Part shown: piece after piece, positions 1 to 14,200 of the stretch | How the letters are laid out: every line of letters starts with the position of its first letter | How positions within the stretch are numbered: the stretch's first letter is position 1 | Assembly (NCBI GenBank): GCA_051362555.1 | Contig: CM120640.1 | Span: forward strand, 6,882,001-6,946,000 | Length of the DNA stretch: 64,000 nt | Direction of reading: 5' to 3' | DNA from: Lingula anatina | Lineage: Eukaryota > Animalia > Brachiopoda | The notes under the pieces: model-generated | The model's input: the letters and a program-made list of their open reading frames with translations, nothing else | Told to the model about the DNA's origin: nothing | Databases searched by the model: none | Position numbers and translations under genes: made by a program

Positions 1-1099
1 TGAGGGCTACTTTGTACTTTGTGGCGGGCGATGTGACTGGACAAACACCGATGTATCATGCTTAGGTGGGGCATGGAACGCCGCAGTGACATGTGTATAC
101 CATATATATGTAATGTCCACATTTATGAAAAGGAGTATGGGCGAGGCATTCTTACTGGGTACATGATTTTGGGACACGTTGAGTTTTTATCATATCTGTT
201 TATCACCATCATCATCATCATCATCATTATTTTTGTTAAACTTAAAATTTCTAGAATTTTGATTCATCATAGTTATTATCAATTCATTTATTACATTTCA
301 TTTTTATCTTTCCACTTATATTTATTATCTTTGAAGAAAAAGAAAATAAATATTTGCTGTTTTTTTTTCTTATCATATAAGTGAACGAAACCCAGATAGT
401 TTTAATGCAGATCTCCATTACACTTCTCAATACAAAGTACTTGGTATATGGAATTTTTCTTCGGGAATTTTAATACGTAACTAGACCTGTTTGATGTCAA
501 AGGACACAACAGATTGGTTTTAAGTTTGGTTAAAAGGATCTATGAAATATCAAGATATTTTCTCTTACTTGCATCAAAGGATGAAGAATAAGTTCAAATG
601 CATTTTAACATGAAAACTGGAATGAAGTCCAGGTAACCGTTATGGTCTAAGAGTACCTGTTAAAAGCCCCATGCATGGTATACCTTCACCTACTATATTA
701 AGTCCAGCCGGAATACTATTATACGACCATCTCTTTTGAAAAAACTGGAAATATGATACTCCTCCAGTATTGCTCCTGTGCTGCTTGATATTTACACAGA
801 ATTTAACAACTGTACATGAAAGGAGGGTAGGCGAAATCTCCGGTCGATTTATATATCATTTATTATTAACTAAATTTTTAATAAACTATATTATTTATTA
901 TTCATATTAACTATTTTTAATTTTTTATTTTGTTTGTTTTCAGCTTGAATATCATTAACTTTTGACATGCGTTTTATCACAATTGGCTCTAAATTCTTAT
1001 AAAAGTTAACATTTAATGATGTTTCTGCCTTCTTTAATATTTCTCTTCAGACTTTCTTTGTCCTCGCGATCTTTAACATGCATTGCTGAAATACCAATA

Positions 1100-1154
1100 A
1101 TGTGTCAAGAAAACTTTGGTTTGCCATTAGTAGTCATTTCAATATGCTTAACAG
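1100..1154 (+). CDS. Gene A first coding exon (signal peptide)
   Basis: ATG at 1100 gives [18 protein letters not shown]. The phase-1 donor ACAG|GTAAAA joins in frame to exon 2222 (G-VSG-IPD), completing a plausible signal peptide. An acceptor ttctcttcag ending at 1050 suggests an upstream UTR exon. Confidence 0.65.
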
Positions 1155-4100
1155 GTAAAAAATACCAAAGACGATCAAATTATGTCTTAAAGGTAACTAA
1201 AATAAGATGTGTCTTAACCAACATTACTGTTATGTTAATCTGTCCTGACAAATGGGATTCTTTGTGGTTAAAATACTGAAATTTTATCAAACTAATTTTA
1301 TCGTCAAAAAAGCACAATCTGGGTGTTATCTGGTGATGTTTCTCGATCAAAGAAATAAGGAGAATGATGGCCTTATAAAATCCATCTGTTACCCCGATCT
1401 CATTTCTCAAATACTTAGTCTTGACTTGGTTTTCATATCTTATGAAACAGAAAAAAATACTCGTGTTACGAAAAAGAAAAAATACTCACATTATAAATGA
1501 TATAAAAGATGCATTTTCACCATAGAAGATCAACGATACGGACCAGATACCTAGATTGACACGACTTTGGATTTGCCTCATACAAAAGAACGCAGCAGTG
1601 CATCAATATAATGACTTAACATAACATAGTTACCAAAGAGGGTGTCTGTTTCAAGGACATGAATCAGGATAATGTGTCCCCCATTCTTCCCATGCTTACT
1701 AAGTTTCAAACCTGCATGTTCTCATAATATGGTTTATGATGAAGGCATCATGGTCCGACATTGTTAGGGTGACAGTTAACCATGTATTAATCTGTTTCCG
1801 CAAGTACCAAACAGTTGGATAGGCGCGAAAACTGATTGTGGCAAATTTTTAACGGACCTGTCGTCTGTTAAGTTAGCCAGTTACCCAGTGATAGCTGAAT
1901 TTACTCTAAAGCCAAACACGCAAACACGTTGAAACAGCATCTGTATTTTAGGAGTATTGTTTATGAACATTTTAACCAGTGAAAACAGAAAAAAGGGAGG
2001 GGGGTAGACCTAGCCTAGAAAACGGCCAACTTCAATAAGCATAACACTGACTCTTAATTAATGCCTTTTTTCTTTTGTTTTTTTTTTCTTTTGTTTTTTT
2101 CTGTTGTTATGGTCACATTTGGTGATTTTATATATCTTTGACTACTTCAATAAACTGGTATTTATATCTATTGCCATGACGTGTTTTGACTTCGAATCTC
2201 AATACTCTCCTCTTGTTTTAGGTGTGTCGGGCATACCAGACAGCGCTGGGACTGATTTCATGGTGATGTTCACTGAAAACAGAGTTGATGATCAACCCTT
2301 CCCATACAATACACCCAACATGACATTATATATAACCCCACTCGACGGAAGCAAGGCCGTAACATTCAGCGTTTATTACATACGTCAAAATGTTTTGGTA
2401 AACGTCACACGGACGATACCGGCAGGACCCAATACAGCCGCGTCCGTGTTGCTACCCACAGACTTAGAGGTGAGGACCAGCGGAGTGATATCAAACCGCG
2501 GGGTCCGCGTAGTGGCTTCCGAAAAGATTGGTCTTTCTGCTATCAACAGAGAAGGCTATTCTGCCGACGGTTTTACAGCAATTCCAGTTTCAAAACTAGG
2601 CAAGCGGCACTATTCTGTCTCTTACGCCCCACCCCTTGTCTCAACACAGATGGGTTTGGTCGCTGTGGAGTATGACACAAACGTGACCATCACTGTTGCG
2701 AGAGATGCCAAATTGACTTTTAATAGCATCTCATATTCGGGCGGTCAGACGTTTAGTTTTACACTGAACGCCTTTCAAACCGTCCTGTTGGATGATGAGG
2801 TTACCCCGATTTCTGACTTGTCTGGAACGCTCATTGTTTCCTCCAAGCCGATTGGCGTTTTTAGCGGAAATAAAAGGACTAACGTTGGGGACGGAACAGT
2901 TTCGCGCGACCATTTGGTAGAGCAACTGCCTTCCGTAGAATACTGGGGGACTGAATTCATCACAGTAGCAACACCCAACCGCACCAGTGGAGATATCGTT
3001 AAATTTGTTGTCAGTGAACCAAACACAAACATAACAATCTACGAAAATTCAACTTCCAGAAGCATAATTTTAGCAAATGCTGGTGATGCACAAGAAGTTA
3101 TTCTCAGTTCTGGTATACATGCGGATACAATGATCATTTCGGACAAACCCATAATGGTTGCCCAGATTGTTCATAGCCATGTTGGTGACAACCCTATGTC
3201 CGAGCTGGGGGATCCGGCCCTTACCATTCTCCCTCCCCTTTCTCAATACACCAACGCCTACACCTACGTCGTCCCTCGACTAACCGACCCGACAGATTTA
3301 GGCGAACCCAACAAGGCACCTTACTTTTATTTTCTGATAATCACCATCGAGGACCAATACAAAGATGGTCTGCGATTAAATGGTAGTGTTATTCCCGGAC
3401 TTTTGTGGCACTCTGTACCTGCCGTCCCAGGGAAGCCCAGCATGGTGGCCGTGTCATTTGAAATTCAACAGAACGACATGAGATATACACTAACGAATGT
3501 CAACCCGACCGCGATGTTCAGTGTCCTTCTGTACGGGGCTGGGGACAGGGAGAGTTACGAGTACACCCTAGGATTTAACCTCAATGTGCTCAACCCGGTG
3601 AGTAAAGGACACTGGGTTTTTGGCCATGACACGTTTTTTTTTTTTTTTTTTTCAAAAAATGTCAATTTTTTTTTATTAAATTGAAGTAATTATTAAAGAC
3701 AAAGTGTGCTATAGAACTATTTACGTCGAACTAAAGCCAGTTTTCTAAGATGACTATTATACGAAAAGACATGCTATGTTTAAAGAAGTAAATTTCATTA
3801 TTTATAAAGAAAGAAAAATCATAAGCCAAGATGACGTCCCGAAATTTAAATATAAGCTAGAAATCACATTATATTTTACACCGACAGAACTGAATTGAGA
3901 AAAATATCTGGAAAACGCAAGACTGCAGTGTTTTTTAATAATTCTACATGTGACGTAGATCTATATCTAGCAAAAAGATAAAGGTGTCGAAAATTTTTTT
4001 TATGGGCCCTAACCGTGGAACCTCACGTCCTTTTGCCTACACATGAAGTCCAGTAAAAAAGGATGCTAACATCGGCAGGCCCTATACCAAATCTTTAAAA

Positions 4101-7100
4101 AATGGCAGAATCTTTCATGAAGACCAACAGCATTATTTCTTTAGTTGTAGACTTATTTCTATAAATTTCCGTGATTTTATGTGAATGAACTAAATATTGT
4201 ATTCATTCTGTCTTTTTAGCCTGCTCCAGAGGGTAAGTTTGCGTTATGCCAGTAATTTATCTTGCTACTTTTTAATCAACTTATCTTTAGCACGCATATT
4301 TTTAAAAACTTATATGAAAACTTTTTATCTTAAAACATACTTTAAAACCAAAGAGCACCCAATTGTTTGAAACGGTGTTCATAAGTAAAACAGCAAACTC
4401 ACCAAACAAGGTTTGAGGGAATACGCGCATGCGTGTCTTGTGACCTCTTTCTCACGGTCGTCTCTCGCAGCATTTACAAATAGGCCTACAATGTCTGGCT
4501 TGCAGTAGGCCTACTTAGAAAGTTGTAGGGTGTAGCGTTGAAGGCGAGATTCACACAGAAAGAGAGGTCATCTATAGGTCCGAGTACATGTTGTATATGT
4601 TAGCCCAGTTGGCTGCCAAAGGGAAAATGAGGAAGAAGAAATGGCTCGTGCAGCGGCGGCTGGTAGTACTAACGGCCGGTAGTACTACTACTGACCACTA
4701 CTACTACTACGAGTAGTACTACTATTTACTTAATGTTGCTATAGATAGTCAGCTGGCTAGTACTAGCCGGTGACTAGTGGTAGTACTGGTACTGTGGTAT
4801 TACTGCTACTGGCGTTCACTTATGACGTACTAGTAGTAACTATTGCGCAAAATAGTAGGTTAAAGATAATAGTATATGATATCTGCATTTTTTAAATAAT
4901 GTTGTCATGTTGATTTATAATAATAATAGGGGTTTTGTACCACACTGTCTTATCTTACTTCTGTGATATAAATTTAGGTTATTTTTTGCAAGTTTAGATT
5001 TCAGCCCATTGTCATATTTAATACATTTTGATTTGCCTCAGTTTTTGGCATTACATGCTATAGTACCTTTACGGCAGGTAAGGCTGAACCCCGGTTAGTG
5101 TTTCAAACTTAAGTATCTTAAACTAAATATCCACATCCTGACAAAACTAGTGTTTATAAGGGACCATTCCCACAGATATTTGGATGGATCTATCTCCCTG
5201 GGGAGTCTCACTAAATTATTATCAAACTAACTGGCTTTAACATTTGTTACCCCTAGTAAAGCTGTTAGGGGGTAATTATCTTTACCCCTAGCTGATTTGT
5301 TAGGCATGACAGACATTTAAGCCTCTTGAGTTGATAGCAATTTAACATGAAACCCTAGGGAATTAGGTCAATCCAGATGGATCGATCTAAGTATGGGAAC
5401 CCAGTCTAACACTAGGCAGGGTGAGGTCTTACCAGTGGTAGGGGTACTGAGGAAGCATGTAAGACCATAAACTGAGGCAAAATAAGATAGAGGGCAATAA
5501 CCACCAATGATGTCAACATCCAGTTGATGACCCCTGTAAATTAAAGGTTATCATTTTATTCATTTTCAGTCTCCAAATATAGTAACATTTTTATATTGCC
5601 CTTGGACTAGTCATAATTGTCAGTTACCTACTATTTTTTAGTGTGCAGTAGTCAAGCAGTTGATCGCCAATGCATTATCAGTGGCAATAACTTTTGTCAA
5701 GGTATGATATCCAAATAACTTCAGAAAAATTGTCTTGCCAATTAATATACAAGTCTATATATAATAAAAAATAAGTAATTCCTTATGTTTAGTAGTACTT
5801 ACCATCATTTACATATGACAACCAATTTTTTAAATGACCGCCACTGCTTTTTAAAGTTAGTAGGCTTTTTTCACCCCATATGAAAAAAATGATAATAACA
5901 ATAAAATCAGGTGCACCTTAACCTGGTCTCTACTTTTCCAGGCACACCCTTTGACAATCAGGGTTATGGTTTTGTGTTGATGTTCAATGAGCACTACACT
6001 CGGGTGGGAAACCCATACAATCCCTTCCTGGTCATTACTAATGCTGAAACAGAAAATGTACAGGTAGGATGAAAAGTTATGGACAAAACATGGTATGCTT
6101 TTCTTCTAAATTATGAATTTAATATACCCCATACTTCCCATTTGAATTTTTTTCAAATTGCAGAAAAGGGACGAAAACTAAAATATAGCCCTCTTGGCTC
6201 AAACAGTGGTCATTCTATACGTAAAAAGTTAATCAAATTGCATTTAGGTAATTGTCCTAATTATAGATCTTGCAACTTGAAACCTCTTTTTCCTTATTCT
6301 GGATGACACAGTTTCACTGTATAGTATTGAGCTATAAATGTGTGTATATACTCAACTAATAAATCCCAGCCTAACCAATTTAAAAATTACCTTTAGGTGA
6401 ATGTGACAACTCCACGCTGGAGCAGCCCAAGTGTAAATGAGCAATTCACATTGGCCAGTGGTCAGTATCGTACCGTGAGTATTCCACAAGAGCTCCGCAT
6501 GCAGCAGTCAACTCTCTCCACCAAGGCCATCTTGGTCCAGTCAAGTGGGGAGGTAGTTGTCCAGGGTGTGAATTCTGAAGAACGCTCTACAGGCATGTTT
6601 CTTGCTCTTCCAATTGATGCTGTTGGCAGTGAGTATTATGCAGTGTGTTACAGCCCTGCTTTCCTTCATTGCCAGTTTGGCATTGCTGCAATACAGGATG
6701 GAACAGAGGTCTCGATATCTTTACCTTCTCCACTGCCTACCGGTCAAATTGTGCAGGTGACTTTTCAGGGCACAACATACTATAGTGGACAAACAATCCG
6801 CCTGACCCTCAGTGCCTATGACACCGTTCAAATACAGGCTGCTCATGACCTGACTGGCTCTCATGTCGTAACCAACAAACCTGTGAGCTTCTTCAGTGGG
6901 AACAGGCATACAAACATAGACCAAGGGCTAGGTGGACAAACAAAAGATCACACTGTAGAAATGCTCCCACCAGTATCTGCCTGGGGTAAAGAGTTCATCA
7001 CTTTCCAAATTCCAGACAGGACAGTATTTAATCCGGGGGACAATTTCAGAGCTGTGGTTCCCAGATTCAGTCAAACACCACAACTAAACCTGACAGTGGG

Positions 7101-8248
7101 CTCCAACAACATATACCCGGCAGTGCCCAATGGGTTTTCATATGCCCAGTTCCTGGTTGGCCAAGGAAGCCAAAACACTTATGCCTACCTGTCATCAAAC
7201 ACTCCAGTAATGTTGGCTGAATTTATTGTCAGTATGATAGCTACCAATGAGCTAGCGGATCCTTCTATGATCTATCTGCCACCTATTTCATTGTACAGGA
7301 ATGAATACACATTCACTGCCCTGGAGAGATCTCTCAGCACAAACAAGGTTTTTGTCAACACAATTATTATTGTCAGTCCTTTGTCGGGTCGTGGTGACAT
7401 TACATTGGACGGGAATGCCTTACCAGCAATAACATGGACAAATGTCGATGCAGGGGGTGTCATGTACAGTGCGGGCTTCTTTACCATCAGCGCCGGCTTT
7501 CACAAACTGAGTCATCCCAAAGTGAACCATTATTTTGGAGCAGTGCTGTATGGAAATGTTCTGAATGATACAGTAGCCCCAGAATCCTATGCAACTGCTA
7601 TTGGCATGAGGCTGTCCAGGGTTAATGAAGTAAGTCTACATCCTGAGAAGTACAAATAATATTGCCTTGTTTCATTGTAAGGTACATGTGAAACAGCTTG
7701 TCCAGTTTTTTCTTTTTAATATAATGACAATATAACTAGGTATCTATAATTATAATTTGGATTATTTCTTCTATACATTGCCTTGTCCTAGAGTAAGTGA
7801 AATGGCACCTACATTATTCAATTTTATATTATTTGTAGCCTTGTGGATGCAATGTCACTGCAACAGCCCAGTTCCAAGCGGATGGCATAGACAATGATTG
7901 TGATGGGCGGGTTGATGAGGAAGACTGCAGTAATGCAAATACAGGTTTGTTATTTCATTGATTTGAATTCATGCATATTTTATTATTATAACCCTGCTTT
8001 TCTTAAATACTATTAGGAATTTTGATAGCCTCACATGAGACTTGTGTGATTTTTACCAATTTATTTAATTTTGTTTGGAATGAACTTCTTGAATCAATAT
8101 GGGTGATCTATACTTCGAAGCATGTTACAGTATGAACCTTTTTCTTTGTCAGATGAAGATGGTGATGGAAAACAGAATGAGGATTGTGCCACACCCACAA
8201 AAGGTATGGGAGTCTTTCTTTTTTAACCACTACATCTAGGGATCCCTT

Positions 8249-8297
<49 letters not shown>

Positions 8298-11200
8298 TGA
8301 GCATTTCATACCCCCCCACCTCCTAAAAATAAAAAAGGCAGAACATCCTGTTGCACAACTTTATTTTGTCATTTTAAGTTCACATATAGCAAAAGTATAG
8401 CATCATAATAACCTAAAATGAAATATAATCCAAAATGTGTTTTCAACAACCTAGAATTAATGGATGTTTTGGTTGCATTCCATAATTATTCATTTTCAAA
8501 AACAATCTACCTAATGTCAACTTTTTCACATGCCCCAAAAAGACAAAAAAAAACTTAATGTTCTTTGAACAACAGTCACATATTTTGCTGTATATATATT
8601 AAGTGGATGGCCAGTGGTCTCAGTGGTCAAACTGGGGCACCTGCTCAGTGACCTGTGGGGGTGGCAGCAGGAGTAGGACCAGGTCCTGTAGTGATCCAGC
8701 CCCAGCATTTGGTGGCAGCCCATGTCCAGGATCACCTCCAGACACACAGACTGATACAGAATCCTGCAATAGTAATGCCTGTCCAGGTAATATATATCCT
8801 CATAGCTCGAGATATTTTCTGTAAAAATGTTATACAAAGTGAATTCAATAAAGTAGAATAATTTTAATTATTGGTTAACTGTATATCATAATGGAATTAT
8901 GGTAGAACTAACCAGTAGCTTATTAAACTGATATAGGCATGATTATATGTACCTTTACTATTTTTGTTCGAAACAAGATTGTGTACATTTTGTTGTTGTT
9001 GTTGTTGTTTTACTGGCTGCTGTAGAACTGAATGATATTTTTGTCTGTTGCCTCAAGTGAATGGGAACTGGGGAGCGTGGCAAGCATGGAGTACTTGCAG
9101 TGTAACCTGTGGATCAGGCACCAGGTCGCGCGGTCGCAGTTGTGATAGTCCTCCACCACAAAATGGTGGTAGTTCTTGTGTAGGCAGCCCCACAGAGAAT
9201 GAGAATTGCAACGTTACATGTGCAAGTAATGGCAGATTAAATTTTTTGCCTTCTGTTTTTCAAAGTTTAACATCTGGTATTTTTTTAGCCTTCTGTGGTA
9301 CATTTATTTCATGCAAATAATGTTTGTTCATTACTCAAAGCAAATTTTTTAAATCAGATTATGAAAATGACTTTTGTGGATGCTCAAGAACCTTCATACT
9401 GGCGTTAATACTACAAAATTGATTTTTCCTCCATCCAGTTGATGGAAATTGGTCTGAGTGGGGCCAATGGTCATCTTGCTCTAAGACATGTGGTAGAGGA
9501 AAAAGTACAAGAACACGCACTTGTACGAACCCACCTCCATCTGGTGGGGGTGCCAGCTGCATTGGAGCAGACGTGGCAGAACGTGAATGCAATATATTTG
9601 ACTGTCCAGGTACCCTCTGTGAAATTGCTTTGTCTGGATCTCAATGGTTGGCTTTTAGCTAGACAGGTTGTTGCTTTCTGTGGCTTAATTTGGCTCTTTG
9701 GAGATGTAGTGCCTTAAACCAAGCTTGATACTACCCAAAAGGATTCAGCATTAAAACTGGAAGCACTTTTTAACTCGTCACTTGATGTACTTTTTGTTTT
9801 CCTTTTTAAAACTTGACATTGAATGTAATACAATTTGTACACTTGTAACCTTTGTATTACATGTCAAGCCTTTTTACACCTGGCGTACTACCCTTTACAC
9901 CTGGCATTTTACCTTTTTACACCTGGCGTAATATCTTTTCACACCTGGCAAACTACCTGTTTACACCTGGGATACTATTATATTTTCTTACCTGACATAC
10001 ATATTTTTACACCTGGCATTACTATTCTTTTTAGACTATGTTTATTTCCCTTTTTCCCAGGGTATATCTGATCACTTTACATGTGACGCACAACTTTGGC
10101 TAAAAATTTTGAGTTCTTTTTTTCAGTATCAATGATGCATATTTCATTCTGCCTGTGTCATGATGTACATTTTATGTTTATGAATATGTCTTTGTGCAAG
10201 AATGCAAGCCTTTTTGGACCATACTTGTCAAAACAGAATATAAAAAGTCACATACCGGTAGTTAAACAGTTTTTTCAATTAGCAATTTGATGGTGCACTT
10301 GGTTATTAATAAATATTTGGATGGTGTCAGGTAATTAACTGAAGCTTATAGCATCATCACCAAAAAATAACTCTTAAATTTCACTGCAATTTCCTGGTAA
10401 AAATATCACTGCCCAGCAGTGTAGGTTGCAAGTTACCTGTGTCTTATTTTTATCTTGAAGACAACTGATATGCAAACTAGTTTGTTATAACATCTGAGTG
10501 GTGTTTTACTTTACTCGCACCCTACCTGCTTTGACCTTCCTGCTCTTTTAGATTTTTCTTTTTTTTTTTTTTTTTTTTTTTTTTGTCACGAGTTTTCTAT
10601 GCTTCTTAAGGGTTGCCAACACTATAGTTATGAAAGTAAATAGATTTCTTTTTATATCTTTTTAAAGACGAGTGTACACAATGAATATGAGACATTTACT
10701 CAGAAATAAGTTTAATTTTCTCAGCAATTTTCCAAGGGTAACAACAATATCCAGGAAACTGACAAAATTATTAGTAGTAAATCAGTTTTTGAGTTCTAAG
10801 TTTCCAATTTTTGAGTCAAGCTTGTAATGGAGATGGAAACTAGAAAATTTCACTAGTTAGTAGTAACTGTGAAAGTTTTTAATTAAGTGCTTGAAATTTT
10901 GTTTAAATTGCCATGTTTAATTTGTTTGTTAATTTTTGTTTTACTAGATTGCATACTAGATTTCTATACATTTTGATGATTAAGTTGGCAACCCTGGAGA
11001 ATTAAATTGTGCAATTAATTTGAAATTAGAAAAAATCAACTGTAATGGTACAATTAATAGAAAGTTCTAGAAAACCTGTATTCAGCATTTGAAATCAGTA
11101 CTTGTCAATGATTACTTCTGGATATAATCGTTCACATTGTTTCATAATTTATAAAAAAAAACTAACTTAATTTGGTTTGGACCAAATAAGCATTGGTTTT

Positions 11201-14200
11201 CTTTAATCTGAAGTTGAGGTTGTTTTTAACTAGTGGTAAATGGAGCATAACCATAAACCAATGTTTCAGTTAATGGCAATTGGGCTCCCTGGTCTGCCTG
11301 GTCTGACTGTTCTCTGACTTGTGGGACAGGAAATAGACTGAGAACCAGGACTTGCACTAACCCACCACCTTCCAACAATGGGCAAACATGCCCTGGAGAC
11401 AATTTAGAAAGCCAGAATTGTATACTCCGAACCTGTCCAGGTAATTTGGTAGACAGTTAGCTACATATGCAGAACCTGAAAACTTGCCTATCACTGTCCC
11501 AAGCCTGCAAATGTCCAGCCCTCGTTACACTTTTTCTGATCTTGGACAAATTGTCCAAGTTCTGATAAAGTGCATTGTTCACTCCCAGTTGTTTTACCCC
11601 AGTGTATATGTATATGGTAATGGTATATAGTACAAACAGGTTCCTTGGAACAATTTAATTTAATTTAAAGTGAAAAGTTCAAACTGTCAGTCTTTTTTGT
11701 CACAGGGTGAGTGTGAACATGCACCTTTCCTTCCCACCAACACTTTTCCTAAACATTTGTCTCAGACTTATGAGTTGATTTGGTCTACTTGACTAACATG
11801 ATAAACATTAAGACAAAGGCTGCGTTCACGTGAAAAATCTATTTTCTAAAAATCTATTTGCGGTATCTTGTGATCACGGTCTGTGCCTTGAATACCCCGT
11901 GGCATAAGTACTGCTAGCGCGAGCGAGTTACTTCCAAAGCTGTAATTAATTCTTGGCACTGCCAGTAATTACGCGGCGGGGTATTCAGGGCACAGACCGT
12001 GATCACAAGATACTGCAAATAGATTTTTAGATTTTTGGAAAATAGATTTTTCATGTGAATGGTCCCAAACAGTGCCATGTAAAAAAAAAAGGTGGCATAT
12101 CAGCAGTGAGTATACTCATCACCTGTGTATGCTCAGGAAAAAGCTGGGAAGGTTACTTGGGCACTGACATGTTCAGCTGTGAGTAATCATGGACGTGGAC
12201 AGGGAAAGTGGAGTTGGTTTAGGAGACGATGTATTGAAATGACTTCCTATGAATTTTCCCCAAATGTGTAGAAATACATAGCAGTGATCAAGGGAAGTAT
12301 AATAGCTGTAAGTCCAATTCTGAGGGTTTAAAGCTGAAACACATAACATACCAGTGTACCACATATTGTTTTTTTTTTATGGTTTTTAGTTGATGGAAAC
12401 TGGGGAGGTTGGACACCATGGAGTAACTGTAGCAGAACATGTGGGGGAGGCGTAAGGTTCAAATCACGTGAGTGTAATAACCCTCCGCCTTCCAACAGTG
12501 GGGTGTCCTGTCCTGGATCCAGTAATCTGACAGAGACGTGCAACCCACAGGGCTGCCCTGGTAAGTGACTGTATCTGTAGTACTTCTTGATAAAGATATT
12601 GGAATAGTTAAATGGATATGAAATAGTTATACCAGCATGTGCACAAATGATATGATTTAGTGGTCAAATAATCATATTACCTTGATTAAACTTTTAAGCA
12701 TTGAAATGTGTCATTCTAATTCAAGACTGTATTTTTTGTAACAAAAGTACTAATTTTTTGTGAAATATGATGTATTGATTTTTACTAAGATTATAATAAC
12801 TAGCCAGGAACAGATGGTTTAAACCTAGCTACACTGATTTTTTTAACTGTAACTGGAAATAAATTACCACAGAAGAGTAAGAATGCATGGTGGCCATTTA
12901 TTTCACCAGTGATATAGATGTATTTTAAAAATATTGCACATTACTAAGCCTACTAGTACTAAAGTTCACTGACCTGTTATGACTAAGCTGGGTCAGATTT
13001 TTGGACTCTCTATGCCAGACAGCAGACAATAAGCAACCTGGGTAAAAGAAACCTTATACCTTGTATACAGGACATATTATAAGGAGTTGCCATGTGTTTG
13101 GTTTATATCCATCATATCCCTCTGGGGATTTTGCCCATTTCTTCCATATGTTTATCCATAGTCAATGGTGGGTTATCAAATTGGAGTTCATGGGGCACCT
13201 GTAATGTCACCTGCGGTGGAGGCTTCCAGTCAAGAACCAGGACATGTACCAATCCAGTACCACAAAATGGAGGTGCTGATTGTGTAGGAATCAGACTGGA
13301 GTTACAACAGTGTAATACTCAGGGTTGTCCAGGTGAATTATATGTTCTTTTTGGTGAGATTTTATTCATATGCAGTACCATTAATATTGTTTTATTCATG
13401 ATGTATTAATTAAAATAAAGTATGCCATCCTGTATATTTAAATGTGCAGCTATAACTGATGTCATGGTATCCAGCTGGTCAGACTTTAAGAGCTATTTTA
13501 CAAAATACCTTATATTTCAGTGGATGGAGGATACAGTCAGTGGAGTACTTGGGGCACTTGTTCTTCTACGTGTGGAGGTGGCTCTCAAACAAGAACCAGA
13601 ACTTGCACAAACCCTACTCCAGCTTTTAATGGCAATGACTGTTCTGGTCTTGGACCTAACTCAGAAACACAACAGTGCAACACACAGGGATGTCCAGGTG
13701 AGACAGCAACTTTACAAAAATTATTTTCAGGACAAGATTCAAATACAAATTTTTTTCTTTTCTTGTATTAAAAGGAAAAGTGTATACAAAAAAACTAGCA
13801 GATCTGTATGTTAACAAATTTTATTCATTAATAGAGCATATCTCTACAAATCTCATTTGTAGTTGATGGTGGGTTATCAAATTGGAGTTCATGGGGCACC
13901 TGTAATGTCACCTGTGGTGGAGGCTCCCAGTCAAGAACCAGGACATGTACCAATCCAGTACCACAAAATGGAGGTGCTGATTGTGTGGGAATCAGACTGG
14001 AGTTACAACAGTGTAATACTCAGGGTTGTCCAGGTAAGATACTCATAATTTTCCTGTAATTCCATTCAGGAAATATTTTCAATCCATTTCAGTATCCATA
14101 ACGAAGATGCTGATTCCATTGAGAGTCATTGTCCTACAAAATATATGTATTCCTTGAATCAAGTTAAAGTCTTTTTCTACTTTTTTTTTTACTGAAGTTT

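Noticed and set aside
58-384. 108-aa hydrophobic ORF
   Set aside because: Driven by an (ATC)n run and T-rich low complexity, with no splice or domain support.
3205-3220. GDP motif as a GDPH autocatalytic cleavage site, as in FCGBP and mucins
   Set aside because: The motifs are GDPA, ADPS, GDPS, SDPS and similar within the FCGBP-N fold. There is no His and no VWD domain.
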